IMG/VR virus record: IMGVR_UViG_3300032285_004186
Strand: one strand, 5' to 3'
Length of the DNA stretch: 64,000 nucleotides
Source of the DNA: a virus
Made by a program: the position numbers and the translations under genes. Under the pieces are notes generated by a model that was not told the origin of the DNA, did not search any database, and worked only from the letters and a program-made list of their open reading frames with translations. Below, one piece after another: positions 37,539 through 48,492 of this stretch. Numbering within the stretch: the stretch's first letter is position 1; each line of letters begins with the position of its first letter.

Positions 37539-37898
37539 ATGAAACAAACAGATTTTTCAGATTTGCCTCAATTATCTCATTATAGATATGAAAATTTTTT
37601 TAATGTCTATATAGATCCAATTAATAATGAAAAATTTTATAATGTAATGAGATCTATTAATGTGTTTCCAGCAAATAACCAAAACATAGAGGATGAATAT
37701 ATTATTAAACCACACGACACTTGGTATAATATATCTTACAATTATTACAATACAGCTGATCTTTGGTGGTTAATTTGCACTTATAATCAAGTATTAGATG
37801 CCTCTAAATTGCCAGAATCTGGGACTAAAATTAAATTATTAAAATCCCAGTATGTTGGTTATATTTTGCAAGAATTAAATCAACAAGTAAATAGATAA
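37539..37898 (+). CDS. Baseplate wedge protein, LysM-like (gp53-like)
   Basis: YIIKPHDTWYNISYNYYNTADLWWLICTYN...GTKIKL. Confidence 0.8.
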   Translation: MKQTDFSDLPQLSHYRYENFFNVYIDPINNEKFYNVMRSINVFPANNQNIEDEYIIKPHDTWYNISYNYYNTADLWWLICTYNQVLDASKLPESGTKIKLLKSQYVGYILQELNQQVNR

Positions 37899-37899
37899 T

Positions 37900-39762
37900 A
37901 TGGCTTCCAGAAACAAGGATGAAGATGAAGTAGAAGATCTTGATCTCGAAGATATTTTAGTTGAGGGTAAATTTTATCAAGGCAATGAAAACATCCTAAG
38001 AAAGGATGGTACTTTTAAATGGACAGATGAAATGATTGCAGACTTTAAACTCTGCAATAAAAGCATTTTACATTTTGCCGAAAATCACTTTTATATAGTT
38101 TCTCTAGACAGAGGTAAAGAAAAAATTGAATTATATAAATATCAAAAACGATTATTAAAAGCCTTCAAAGCAAATCGTTTTAATATAGTATTAAGTAGCA
38201 GACAATCTGGAAAAAGTACAACCATAACCATTTACGCTCTTTGGATAGTATGTTTTCAAAAAGATAAAAGAATTACTATAGTGGCCAATAAAGAAGCAAT
38301 GGCTAAAGAAATATTTGCTAGAATTAAATTGGCATATGAACAATTACCCATTTATTTAAAACCCGCTATTAAATCCTGGAGAAAGGATGGTTTACAACTA
38401 TCTAATGATTCTGAAATAAAAATTAGTACAACATCAGCTTCCTCTGCTCGTGGAAGTAGTAGTAATCTTCTTATTATTGACGAGATGGCTCACTGTCCTC
38501 AGGAGATCATGAAAGAACTCTGGAAGTCTGCTATCCCAATTATTACAGCCTCGGAGAAATCTCAAATTGTAGTTATCAGTACTCCAAATGGTACGGATAA
38601 TAAATTCTACGAACTCTATCAAGAATCTCAGAAAAAAGATAGTGCTTGGAATTTAGAAAAAGTAGATTGGACAGATGTGCCGGGTAGAGACGAAACCTGG
38701 AAAAAAATGACCATGGATCTATTGGGTGGTAATGAGGATGACTTTAACCAAGAATATAATAATGTTTTTCATCCTCCTGGCAAATCTTTAATAGATGAAA
38801 AATTCCTAGCAGAATTAAAGGCACAATGTCCTCAACCCTTATTAGTAACAGATGAAGGTTGTTATAAAATATACGAATTGCCTAATCCAAATTCTTTTTA
38901 TGTAGTTGGAGTAGATGTGGGAGAAGGTATAGGTAGATCTAATACAGTGGCTCAGGTATTTGATGTTTCTGATTTGCAAAATATTAAACAAGTAGCGACC
39001 TATGCTTCTAGTACTATCAATCCTTTTCATTTTGGTTCTAGACTATTAAACATTCTTATAGACTGGGGCAGACCTCCGGTGTTGGTGGAAAGTAATAATT
39101 ATGGACAACAGGTATTAGACGTTTTACATCAAACTCATAACTATGAAAGTATAGTTTCTTATAACCCGGAAGGAAGCAGTAAACATTATAAAACAGATAA
39201 TCGCAAAGGTATTTTTAATCACACCAATACTCGTTATAATGGTATTACTAGTTTTAGATATTGGTGTAATAGCTTAAAGGCCGTTAAATTTAATGATCCG
39301 GAAACTTTATTTGAACTTAATAACTTTGTTAGATTACCAAATTATACATTTAGTAAACGCACTGATAAAGATTTAGATGATAGAGTTTTTGGAAGTATTT
39401 GGGCTTTATTTATTTTAAATCCAAGTATAGTTACTTCTTATTTTTATGTACACGAGTATAATGATCAGGGATTGCCAAATAAAATAGTTTCCTTAGTAGA
39501 TAACAAAGACCTGATAATAAAGAGCCCTTTACTACAAGGAACTGTGAGTAATATCATAAATAGTAGAAATAGACCTTCTAATGTTTCTCCGTTTTTAATA
39601 TCTCCAAAAAATACAGGTTCTAAATCTTTACAAGATCAAGAATCTAGGGATTTATGGATGTGGCTCCACGGAACTGCATTTGGAGATTCTAATTTTGAAA
39701 AAAGAAAAATTCAATCAGAATCAGAAGTGGTTGAAGAATATCGACCTATAATTTTATTTTAA
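37900..39762 (+). CDS. Terminase large subunit (gp17-like)
   Basis: LYKYQ, SRQSGKST, LLIIDEMAH, STPNG, VPGRD, FNQEY, nuclease VGVDVGEG, VESN, DDRV; no intein. Confidence 0.95.
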   Translation: MASRNKDEDEVEDLDLEDILVEGKFYQGNENILRKDGTFKWTDEMIADFKLCNKSILHFAENHFYIVSLDRGKEKIELYKYQKRLLKAFKANRFNIVLSSRQSGKSTTITIYALWIVCFQKDKRITIVANKEAMAKEIFARIKLAYEQLPIYLKPAIKSWRKDGLQLSNDSEIKISTTSASSARGSSSNLLIIDEMAHCPQEIMKELWKSAIPIITASEKSQIVVISTPNGTDNKFYELYQESQKKDSAWNLEKVDWTDVPGRDETWKKMTMDLLGGNEDDFNQEYNNVFHPPGKSLIDEKFLAELKAQCPQPLLVTDEGCYKIYELPNPNSFYVVGVDVGEGIGRSNTVAQVFDVSDLQNIKQVATYASSTINPFHFGSRLLNILIDWGRPPVLVESNNYGQQVLDVLHQTHNYESIVSYNPEGSSKHYKTDNRKGIFNHTNTRYNGITSFRYWCNSLKAVKFNDPETLFELNNFVRLPNYTFSKRTDKDLDDRVFGSIWALFILNPSIVTSYFYVHEYNDQGLPNKIVSLVDNKDLIIKSPLLQGTVSNIINSRNRPSNVSPFLISPKNTGSKSLQDQESRDLWMWLHGTAFGDSNFEKRKIQSESEVVEEYRPIILF

Positions 39763-39763
39763 A

Positions 39764-40363
39764 ATGAATCAAACTTTATTAAATCGTTCTCGCTTAGATA
39801 AATTTACTCTTTTGATGGATTTGCCTTTTGTTATGAAAGGTCAAGTGGATAATACTCTGCAATTAATGTATAAACCGGATGTTATTCAATTCACAGTTTT
39901 CGGTTCACCAGTTCCTAAAATAGAAATTCCATCTATTAAATTACCTTTTGGCGGACAACATATGCATGTTACCAGCGGCGGTAGATCTGATTACGGTCCA
40001 TTAACTTTAAGATTTTTATTAGATAATAGTTATCAAGGATATTGGATTTTGTGGAAATGGTTGAATTTGTTTAATGATTATCAAAATAGTGATTCAGATA
40101 TTAATCATGTAACTAGTTTACCACAAGATCCAAAAATTGTTATGAATAATCCTTTTTCTAATTATGTAACAACTTTTGAATTAAATGCCTTGGATGAATA
40201 TAATAATAAAATAATAAATTTTAAATACAATGGATGCTTCATAACTTCTTTGAGTGAAATTTCTTTTTCACATCAAGATGAATCTTTAATCACATGTTCG
40301 GCTTCATTTGCTTATAATCAATTACATGTAAACCTAATAACAGATCAAAATAAAATTATTTAA
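39764..40363 (+). CDS. Tail-tube-fold protein (gp3/gp19-like)
   Basis: VPKIEIP, YGPLTLRFLLD, LWKWL, LDEYNN, FKYNGCFITSLSEI, ASFAYN. Confidence 0.65.
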   Translation: MNQTLLNRSRLDKFTLLMDLPFVMKGQVDNTLQLMYKPDVIQFTVFGSPVPKIEIPSIKLPFGGQHMHVTSGGRSDYGPLTLRFLLDNSYQGYWILWKWLNLFNDYQNSDSDINHVTSLPQDPKIVMNNPFSNYVTTFELNALDEYNNKIINFKYNGCFITSLSEISFSHQDESLITCSASFAYNQLHVNLITDQNKII

Positions 40364-40368
40364 TTAAT

Positions 40369-41967
40369 ATGGCATCCTCTAAAAACATTTCTATCCCCTC
40401 TCGATTTGTTTATCAAATCGGGCAGGACATGTTTTGGGTTGAAGTGTGGATGTATAATTTTTTATCCAATTATCCTCCTATACAAATTCCTTTCTTTTTT
40501 ATTAATCAATTAGTTATACAAGAAACTTTAATAGATTGGAATGTTAGGGGATATTTAATATTAGAAAATGATTATGAAACTTTTGAAAGAGGAGCAGGTT
40601 CTTATGTTTCTTCTTCAAACGGAACTAATAATTCAACTCAGATTAAAGCTCCTTTTCTTTTTCGGACAGATGGAAGAAATAAAATTAGTGTAAAAATATA
40701 TCCATACACTGAAACAGAAAATAATATAGGTGATAATTTAGATCCTGCTTGGTGGCAAATGTGCTTTGATTTTGTTATATATGATATACAGGATACTCCG
40801 GGCCAAGACCCAACCAAAAAACTAAAAACTTTATATTTTAAGGATGAAAGACATCAAGTTTTTTCAGAACGAAATATAGAATGGTCTACTTCTATAAATG
40901 CCAAAATAGGAGCCAAGGATTCAGAGAGGACTATGTACGGCAATGATGCTTTGCAAAGTTTAATCAATCAGGCCTGTATAATTGGTGGAGATTCTAAAAA
41001 AACTCTGAATATAGGTTATGACAAAGATGCTAGTATAGATAAACCTAACATACCTCTTAATGTTTTTGACACCAAACAATGGGCTGCAGCTCCAGGTGAT
41101 CCGTCTTCAAAAATATTTTACACTTCTCCGGCCCATCACAATGTTTTAAATGATATAGAATATCTTTTAACCAACTCCAAAGCTTCAGACGGGAGTCCGG
41201 TGATTTTAGAATTTGGTAGATGGGAGGGTGATAAAAGTTGGAAATTAATTCCATTGTCTTTTTATTTTAAAAATTCTCAACAAAATCAAATAGAAAGACT
41301 TTTAATAGATGATGGAATGGATTTTACCAATTCGCCTCCAGCTATTCCTCGAGCAGAATTTACTACAAGTTCTGCTATACACAATTTTACTTCCGGCATA
41401 GCTTCTACCATTTCAAATTATCATTATGTACCAATGGTGCCTATGGATGATCAGCTTATATGCAATTCACCTTTGTTCAATTATGATTTTTCTAAATCTT
41501 TATATAACATTTATTTTAACAAAAATAAAATTTCAGAAGTTTTAAACTCCACAGCTAAAATGGCTCAAAATGGATTATTTAATTTTAAACAAAATCAAAG
41601 TAATCAAATTTTATTAAATGTTAATAAAACAAAATCTTCTGGTTTAATGACTCGAAATTTTTACACTCCTCAAAGTTTTTTTCTACAAGATTATCCACAA
41701 TTGAAGATGATTAAAGATTTAGTGTTTTTAGGAGGTGGCATTTATTTTCAAGTTCCAGGATTAACCTTTAGAACTCCTGGAAAATTTATCTTTATAGATA
41801 GAATGGCGGCTGGAGATAAAAATGCTTTTGATGATAAGTTTTTGGGACAATGGATGCTTACTAAAGTAACACATTCATTTACTAAAAATGGTTATATTAA
41901 TGATGTCATGGCTACTAAAATAGATGCTTTTTCAAAAATATATCCAGACCAAGACACTTCTTATTAA
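40369..41967 (+). CDS. Baseplate hub protein (gp27-like)
   Basis: QLVIQETL..WNVRGYL; C-terminal VPGLTFRTPGKFIFI...FLGQWMLTKVTHSF. Confidence 0.65.
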   Translation: MASSKNISIPSRFVYQIGQDMFWVEVWMYNFLSNYPPIQIPFFFINQLVIQETLIDWNVRGYLILENDYETFERGAGSYVSSSNGTNNSTQIKAPFLFRTDGRNKISVKIYPYTETENNIGDNLDPAWWQMCFDFVIYDIQDTPGQDPTKKLKTLYFKDERHQVFSERNIEWSTSINAKIGAKDSERTMYGNDALQSLINQACIIGGDSKKTLNIGYDKDASIDKPNIPLNVFDTKQWAAAPGDPSSKIFYTSPAHHNVLNDIEYLLTNSKASDGSPVILEFGRWEGDKSWKLIPLSFYFKNSQQNQIERLLIDDGMDFTNSPPAIPRAEFTTSSAIHNFTSGIASTISNYHYVPMVPMDDQLICNSPLFNYDFSKSLYNIYFNKNKISEVLNSTAKMAQNGLFNFKQNQSNQILLNVNKTKSSGLMTRNFYTPQSFFLQDYPQLKMIKDLVFLGGGIYFQVPGLTFRTPGKFIFIDRMAAGDKNAFDDKFLGQWMLTKVTHSFTKNGYINDVMATKIDAFSKIYPDQDTSY

Positions 41968-41975
41968 ATATTTTC

Positions 41976-42275
41976 ATGGACAAAGACTCTCTACTTAAAA
42001 GAATAGAAGAAATAAAAAAATCAGTCCCTCACAATTCTTATCCTTCTACTACAGAAATGATAAAAAATGTGGCTCAAAGTATAGTCAAAAATACAGAAAG
42101 TGTATTAGGAGGTAACAGTTTAACCATTACAGAAAGAGAAGCTCAATCTCGTTTAAATATATGCAAAACTTGTTCTTTTTTTGATTCTGTTCAAGAAAGA
42201 TGTACTAAATGTGGATGTAAGATGGCTGTTAAAACTTATTTAAAAGCCGAGAAATGTCCTGTAGGAAAGTGGTAA
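41976..42275 (+). CDS. Cys-rich small protein (DUF6171-like)
   Basis: RLNICKTC...RCTKCGCKM..KT...EKCPVGKW. Confidence 0.7.
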   Translation: MDKDSLLKRIEEIKKSVPHNSYPSTTEMIKNVAQSIVKNTESVLGGNSLTITEREAQSRLNICKTCSFFDSVQERCTKCGCKMAVKTYLKAEKCPVGKW

Positions 42276-42281
42276 AAATAT

Positions 42282-43697
42282 ATGGCTACTCAAATTACTA
42301 ATTGTTCCGGGACAGCCAGCAATCCCTTGTCAGAATTAGGATCTAATGTTGGAGATAATTCTATTCCTAATATGCAAACTCAAACTGGTTTGCCACAAAT
42401 AGCTCTTTCTGTGTTGTATAACAATGGAGCCGGAAAAAATTTAAATCAATATGCGGGTTATTTGTATATATTAATTCACGGTTGGGGAGCTTTGGATAAA
42501 TCTTTTAGTTATCATACAGTATTTGCTCCTTATGTGGTAACCAAAGAAACCTATAACGATTTTATAGATAAAAGTGCCGGAATATTATACAATTGTGGTC
42601 TTTTAGATTTGTGCAAAAGAACCTGTCCAGCTGGCAAAAACGGACAATTAAATGATTTGGGGCGATTGGGTTTGTTTAGCAGACTAACTGGTTTTCAGGT
42701 TACCAACCCAATTACTGGACCGGCTATTCAGTTACCCCCCAGTTCTAAGGATACCTTAGATGTTCAGCATAGTGGTTTTGTAGATGGTTTACAGTCTTTT
42801 TGTGAAAGTATTAACACCCATGCTTACTTAAAATGTTTTGCCGTTGGTTCCTATGGAGGGTTTCAAGAAGCAATTCATAGTATTACAAATACTGTTCATG
42901 ATTTTTATGATGCTATGTTTGATCTGTATCAAGATATGCAACTTTTAATGATACAGGCTCAGATGATGATACAACAATATATAGCAGATTTACAATTTTT
43001 TTTGACTAATAGATTTTTACAAGGTAAAATTGGTTTGTTTTTGTCTTTAATTTGTTTAGTTTTAAGCACTGTACAAACTGTAATAGATGATGTGGCTTTC
43101 TTTGGTTCTTTGTTTGATGGTTCAGACAATTTATTTGCCGTATTGAACTCAGTTCAAACAGTAGTTAACTTTGGAGCCCAAGCTATAGAATACATTTATA
43201 ACCCCATAACAGCGGGTTTACCAGCTTTGTTTCCTAAAGAGGCCAAACAACTAGTTGATTTTGTAAACAAATTAGGAGATGTGCCTTCCAATTATCTCGG
43301 TATTCTTTTAAAACATTTTTCCTTTGGTAAGGCTATGCATAATAAAGGCATAGCCATTGCTAATACTATCATACAACATTATGGTTTGGGTTCTCAATTA
43401 GGTGATTTAAACCCAATGTTACAGTCTTTTGGTTGTGTAGTTCCGAGTGGAAATTGGCACCGTACTAATCCACCAGTTATTAAAGGTCCTATCACCTTTA
43501 AACCACCTAAAGTGCCTTACAATTTAAGAACCAGGGTTCAAGTGGATCCTTATAGCCTATCCAGTATATGGCAAATGGTTAAAAAAGATTTTTCAAATCT
43601 TACAACTGACGGTGGAGTTTTGGAGAAAGATTTATCATTAATTAGAAATCAGTTAACAAAACAATTTGACGGCACTGCTAATAATATAACTGGATAA
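42282..43697 (+). CDS. Hypothetical structural-module protein
   Basis: 471-aa helical protein among baseplate genes. Confidence 0.55.
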   Translation: MATQITNCSGTASNPLSELGSNVGDNSIPNMQTQTGLPQIALSVLYNNGAGKNLNQYAGYLYILIHGWGALDKSFSYHTVFAPYVVTKETYNDFIDKSAGILYNCGLLDLCKRTCPAGKNGQLNDLGRLGLFSRLTGFQVTNPITGPAIQLPPSSKDTLDVQHSGFVDGLQSFCESINTHAYLKCFAVGSYGGFQEAIHSITNTVHDFYDAMFDLYQDMQLLMIQAQMMIQQYIADLQFFLTNRFLQGKIGLFLSLICLVLSTVQTVIDDVAFFGSLFDGSDNLFAVLNSVQTVVNFGAQAIEYIYNPITAGLPALFPKEAKQLVDFVNKLGDVPSNYLGILLKHFSFGKAMHNKGIAIANTIIQHYGLGSQLGDLNPMLQSFGCVVPSGNWHRTNPPVIKGPITFKPPKVPYNLRTRVQVDPYSLSSIWQMVKKDFSNLTTDGGVLEKDLSLIRNQLTKQFDGTANNITG

Positions 43698-43701
43698 TTT
43701 T

Positions 43702-45000
43702 ATGATAGAACCTGTTTATGGTAATCACATAGGAATAGTTATTAATTCAAATCCAGATCCGGAAGGTCGTGGAAGAGTACAGATTTTTGTTCCACATCTT
43801 TCTACCACTCTTTATCAAGGATGGAATCAAGATGCTAAAGATGTAACTTTGACTCAAGGAAGCTTGGCTGGTATTAGCACCAATATTTTACAAAGGCTAC
43901 AACAAAATCTTCCATGGGCTGAATGTGCCTTTCCGTTATTTGGAACCGGAGGAACTACTTATGGTGATGTTTCTACCAAGGAAACTAGGCCTTCTAATAG
44001 TTCTGTAATAGCTGTTGAGGAAAGGACTTCACCTGGACACACTTCTGATTTGAATCAAAAATCTGGACCAACTATTCCTGGAGTTTCAGATTCATCTGTT
44101 TTGAGTAGTGGTTCATCTTCTACGTCTCAATCTTTGCAATCACCAATAAATAACGTATCCATAGATGATTTAACACCCAACGAGGTATTATATGCCATGA
44201 GAATATCTGCTACAGAAACTGGAGCTGGAATTGGTTCTGGCTCTGATATAGCAAATAAAAACTATGCAGAAACTCAAGCCAGTGATTTTAAAACAAATTT
44301 ATTAAATTCTTTCTTAAATAACAAAGCAACACCAGGTGCAATAAATGCTGATGGTTCTTTAAACTTGGAGGTAATACAAAGCAAATATTTAAAGGTAATA
44401 GATATTAGTTATTCTCAATCAAATTTGACAAATGTTGAAGAATACAATTTACCATATTTAAATAATGGTTCTTATCAAGATCAAATATTTTCTGTAGCGT
44501 ATTTAATTAGAAAAAGATATCCGTCTGCAGTATCTCTCATAAATTCTAAAGATTTTAATACAGCAGATTCTATTATAAGTCCTTTTTATCATGGTTTAAA
44601 AAACCAACCAAAAAGTGCTAAACTGTTAGAAACTAATATTAAAAATCAATTTAATGGTGATGTGTTAGCTGCTTTACAAAATATAAATTCTTCTTTAGCT
44701 CCCACCAAGCCATTTGCTCAATGGTGGACAGATAATGGAGGCACTTACCAAACTGCTGGGGTGGACACAAACAAACAAACTAATCCGAGCTACAATCCTA
44801 AACAAAATACATTAGACTCCACAACTCCTTTGCCCGGAATAGATATGAGACATCCAAATGGAATGAATTCTACTCCCCTAGCTGGTACTTTTGTTTGGTG
44901 TTTCTTTTTAGGAGGAGATATACAAAAACCAGTTTATTTTGCTGGTGTCAAAGAAAAATTTGCCAATGCAAGAACCTCTACAATACCTTCACCTGTATAG
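43702..45000 (+). CDS. Baseplate spike N-terminal part (gp5 OB-fold) with an inserted lysozyme-like domain
   Basis: YGNHIGIVINSNPDPEGRGRVQIFVP..LPWAEC at the N-terminus and GMNSTPLAGTFVWCFFLGGDIQKPVYFA at the C-terminus. Confidence 0.75.
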   Translation: MIEPVYGNHIGIVINSNPDPEGRGRVQIFVPHLSTTLYQGWNQDAKDVTLTQGSLAGISTNILQRLQQNLPWAECAFPLFGTGGTTYGDVSTKETRPSNSSVIAVEERTSPGHTSDLNQKSGPTIPGVSDSSVLSSGSSSTSQSLQSPINNVSIDDLTPNEVLYAMRISATETGAGIGSGSDIANKNYAETQASDFKTNLLNSFLNNKATPGAINADGSLNLEVIQSKYLKVIDISYSQSNLTNVEEYNLPYLNNGSYQDQIFSVAYLIRKRYPSAVSLINSKDFNTADSIISPFYHGLKNQPKSAKLLETNIKNQFNGDVLAALQNINSSLAPTKPFAQWWTDNGGTYQTAGVDTNKQTNPSYNPKQNTLDSTTPLPGIDMRHPNGMNSTPLAGTFVWCFFLGGDIQKPVYFAGVKEKFANARTSTIPSPV

Positions 45001-45030
45001 CTCTTTAACTAATTTACCTAATTATAAAAT

Positions 45031-47076
45031 ATGTCAGACGTAGCAGACGGCAATAATATTCAAAAGACAGATCAAATTAAAGGATCTTCCGGTCATTTAT
45101 TTTTTAATGCCACAAAAATAGAAACTGGATACGGTCCTGATATTGTAGAAGACCATTCTTTTGTTCAATTGGCTCATAACGATCATGCTCAGATTAGTTT
45201 ACAAGCTGGTGGCAAAATCAGAACAGATGCCATGTCTGATATGTCTATAAATGTTCATCGTAACATGTTTGAGAACATATTAGGTGATAGTAAGGTTTCT
45301 ATAGGCAGAGATCAAACTGTAACAGTGGAAGGTGCCCTTAATATAACTGTCGGAAGATATGGCTCAGACGAAAAGGATGCAGAAAAAAAATTACAGAAGC
45401 TGGCAAAAGAAATACAAACTCAATCCATAGCCACAGCCAAAGCTACCACCAATAATCGTATACCCTGCAAAATATGTAATAGTAAAGTTTTGGTTCAACC
45501 ATCTGCTTTAAAGGCAGAAATTTCAGCATCTCAAGCTATTAGAGTAATGGAAGATACTGGTCTTGGTTCTAGATTTAAATCAATAGCAGATAAATTGCTA
45601 AGGATTCTTCAGGCTGTTCCTAAAATGTTTAATATAAAAACTACAGCCAGTTTTTACACCAAAACCAAATCATGTGGTTCACCGGGTTGTATTAATCACA
45701 CTGTAGAAGACTTGAATGCTTCATTAAATGTTTACAACAAAACTGCTACGTCTTTATTAGAAGAAAATAAAACTTTAATAGAAGAATTACATCAAAAACT
45801 AGGCAAAGGAACTGGTGGTTTAACTTTGGTTACCAAAGGAGCTTGTCTTATTAGTACCGGATTGGTTAAGAATGAAGCTAATACTCATTTTAATAAAGGC
45901 AACCATACTTTAGGGCTTGGATTGCAACAGGATCCGTCCGGAATGGGTCTGGGTGGGGTTTTGAGTTCTAAAGGTTCTCCTTCTAGAATGATTCAAGTAA
46001 AAACTCCTAAATTTACGGAATCTGACATGTTTTTAAATGCTTCTGGAAAATTTACAGTCAATGCTGGAGCAGACGGAATATTGCTAGAAACAAACGGTCC
46101 TTTACAAGCTCTTGGATCTAGTGTAGAAATACATTCCACAGACGGTGAGGCTCATTTTTCTTCTGGTAATTTAACTGTAATAAGTGGAGCAACGGTTAAA
46201 GTTCAGGCAGATATGAAGACCGGTGAGACTGGTATTATTTTAGAATCAAAAAGTGTACATGCCACTGGAAGACTTTCAGCTCAGGGTGATCTTATAGTTC
46301 GGGGTGGGGCTCATTTCGACGGAGCAGTATCTGTACCTTTCCTACAAGTTCCTTCTTGTGAACAAAATGTTAGAGAATCTAAACCTCCACAAATGGTTAC
46401 TGGTCCGGCCTCTTGGATGCCTAAAAATACTATTTTAAATACTATACAAGAAGTTAATGACAACCTCACAACTTTGGCTGCAGATCCTTTTTATTTATGC
46501 ACTCCTACAAACTTACAAGAATATATTAAAAAATGGTATGGACTTTTTATAGGGTCTATACCCCTGGAAATGACCGTAACTGGTTGGGCTATAGCTTTAT
46601 CCTACGGGGTGAATGGTGGGGGACCAATGGTTAGCAAAGGACTTTGGAAAACTGGTCTTATTCCTGTATTAAACTATCCTCACAATCATGAAAAATATAA
46701 TGAATATCACGGTGGCTCCGTAACCATGCCTTTATTTGGGTCCCATGATTTATCAGAAGGGCGTTCTGCAGCTGGTGTACATGGTAGTCATATACCATTA
46801 CCACCACCTATCAATTCACCTATAGGCATGAGACCAGGTAAAATTAGTCAGCCAGGTCCTTGTGGAGGAGGTGGGATTTTTGTTAAAAATAGAAATTTAG
46901 ATTATGGTACAGATGCTTTAGATCCATTTAATGGATTAAATTATGTAGATAGAGGAACCAATAACGGACTAAACATGTATAACAATACACCAGAATTTTC
47001 TAATTACAAATATGGAATACTCCCGTCTTTATCTGGTTCTAATGTAGGTAATAACAACTCTACAGACTGTACATAG
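45031..47076 (+). CDS. Baseplate spike C-terminal part (gp5/VgrG beta-helix-like)
   Basis: Beta-helix-like repeats MSINVHRNMFENILGDSKVSIGRDQTVTVEGALNITVG; late HNH motif (YPHNHE); follows the gp5 OB gene. Confidence 0.6.
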   Translation: MSDVADGNNIQKTDQIKGSSGHLFFNATKIETGYGPDIVEDHSFVQLAHNDHAQISLQAGGKIRTDAMSDMSINVHRNMFENILGDSKVSIGRDQTVTVEGALNITVGRYGSDEKDAEKKLQKLAKEIQTQSIATAKATTNNRIPCKICNSKVLVQPSALKAEISASQAIRVMEDTGLGSRFKSIADKLLRILQAVPKMFNIKTTASFYTKTKSCGSPGCINHTVEDLNASLNVYNKTATSLLEENKTLIEELHQKLGKGTGGLTLVTKGACLISTGLVKNEANTHFNKGNHTLGLGLQQDPSGMGLGGVLSSKGSPSRMIQVKTPKFTESDMFLNASGKFTVNAGADGILLETNGPLQALGSSVEIHSTDGEAHFSSGNLTVISGATVKVQADMKTGETGIILESKSVHATGRLSAQGDLIVRGGAHFDGAVSVPFLQVPSCEQNVRESKPPQMVTGPASWMPKNTILNTIQEVNDNLTTLAADPFYLCTPTNLQEYIKKWYGLFIGSIPLEMTVTGWAIALSYGVNGGGPMVSKGLWKTGLIPVLNYPHNHEKYNEYHGGSVTMPLFGSHDLSEGRSAAGVHGSHIPLPPPINSPIGMRPGKISQPGPCGGGGIFVKNRNLDYGTDALDPFNGLNYVDRGTNNGLNMYNNTPEFSNYKYGILPSLSGSNVGNNNSTDCT

Positions 47077-48487
47077 TATAATCTGGTATTGGGTCTGTTA
47101 TGGACATAATAGCCATGGTTTGTTTAGAATCACCTGAGATAAATGAATCTTTGGTTTCTATATCAATTCCCAAAGCAGTTGACAAATATTCTTTTTGATC
47201 TGGATAATATCTTATTACTTTATAATTCATATCAACAGTTTCTATTCTGCCAGGTAATCCAGGAGGAAAGGGAGGACTAATCATTACACCATCTTCATAA
47301 ACCGCATCTTTGGCTGGTGGAGCCGGTGCATCTGGATCGTCTCTTTCTGCTATATTATAGGGATTATATATATTTTTTGTTTCGTCCTCTTCTTTATATC
47401 CTCTCAAATAACGATACACGTAATAATATTTAATATTATCATTTTCTTGATTGGAATCTTGATGAGGAGCTTCAGATATTACTTTACCTTTGTACTGAGA
47501 AAGTTGAGTTTGTGGAACAATTATTACTTCTTGTGCTGGGTCTTTTTCAACAATTTCTTGATATAAAAACAAATAAAACATTCCAGCAAATTCTAAGTAA
47601 CAAGCCCTGGCTTTCCATGGTAGAGCTACTCTGCTAGGAGTTGTGCTTAAAACCACTTCCGGAATTTCCAGATAATTTGTTTTTAAATATTTGATAAATG
47701 CATCTGCATGATTTTTTAACGCTGCATCTTTTTGTTTGTCAAAAATACTTTTTATTTCTGCTGCGGTTGGAGGTTTAAAATTTTGTCCCTGTGGAATACT
47801 ATCATAGTTTATCATTCCATTTTGATCAAAAGTTATACCTTGTAATACAGAAGAAGATGGAATAGGATCTCCATTAGAATCACATATTTGTCCAGAATTG
47901 TTAATATAAGAAGCTATCGGGGATACGTTTTTTAAAAAAGAACTAATCAATGGTAGTACTTCTTGAAACATACCTTGTATGGCTGCGCCCAAAGACCATC
48001 TCGGATCACCTAACATAGCATAAGGTGCTAAATCAGGTAAAAAACTTTTAGGATCTATATCATGATTTAATTGAGCTATTTTAGTACTATCAAAGTTAGG
48101 ATCTTTTTTATAAGATTCTCCTAATTTAGCTAAAAAAGAACGTTGATCTTTAGGTAAAACAGAACCATCAGCACCTTGAGCATTTGCCAAACTTTCCGGA
48201 AAATTGGAATCTGGGTAGATTACATTTATTTCTGATACATGCGGCACACCCATAGCATGTTTGGATTGAATATCTGCTTGTAAATAATCTTTTACAGTAG
48301 AAGAAGGAGAGAGAATGGATGTACCATCTAATCTTTTATTAAGAGTGCCTGGATAATACTCTTGTGAAGGACCATTATCAAAATTGGTATATGTATCTGT
48401 ATTGCCTTCTGTTGCTACATAATTAGTAGTAGCTATTGGATTGCCTTTTTCATCATAGGTTATTGTAGTAGAAATTAATTTATTCAT
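47060..48487 (-). CDS. Hypothetical protein
   Basis: 475-aa ORF convergent with the structural module. Confidence 0.65.
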   Translation of the reverse strand: MNKLISTTITYDEKGNPIATTNYVATEGNTDTYTNFDNGPSQEYYPGTLNKRLDGTSILSPSSTVKDYLQADIQSKHAMGVPHVSEINVIYPDSNFPESLANAQGADGSVLPKDQRSFLAKLGESYKKDPNFDSTKIAQLNHDIDPKSFLPDLAPYAMLGDPRWSLGAAIQGMFQEVLPLISSFLKNVSPIASYINNSGQICDSNGDPIPSSSVLQGITFDQNGMINYDSIPQGQNFKPPTAAEIKSIFDKQKDAALKNHADAFIKYLKTNYLEIPEVVLSTTPSRVALPWKARACYLEFAGMFYLFLYQEIVEKDPAQEVIIVPQTQLSQYKGKVISEAPHQDSNQENDNIKYYYVYRYLRGYKEEDETKNIYNPYNIAERDDPDAPAPPAKDAVYEDGVMISPPFPPGLPGRIETVDMNYKVIRYYPDQKEYLSTALGIDIETKDSFISGDSKQTMAIMSITDPIPDYTMYSL

Positions 48488-48492
48488 TGTAA

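Noticed and set aside
18530-39762. Inteins or introns in nrdA, nrdB or terminase
   Set aside because: All have normal lengths and contiguous motifs.
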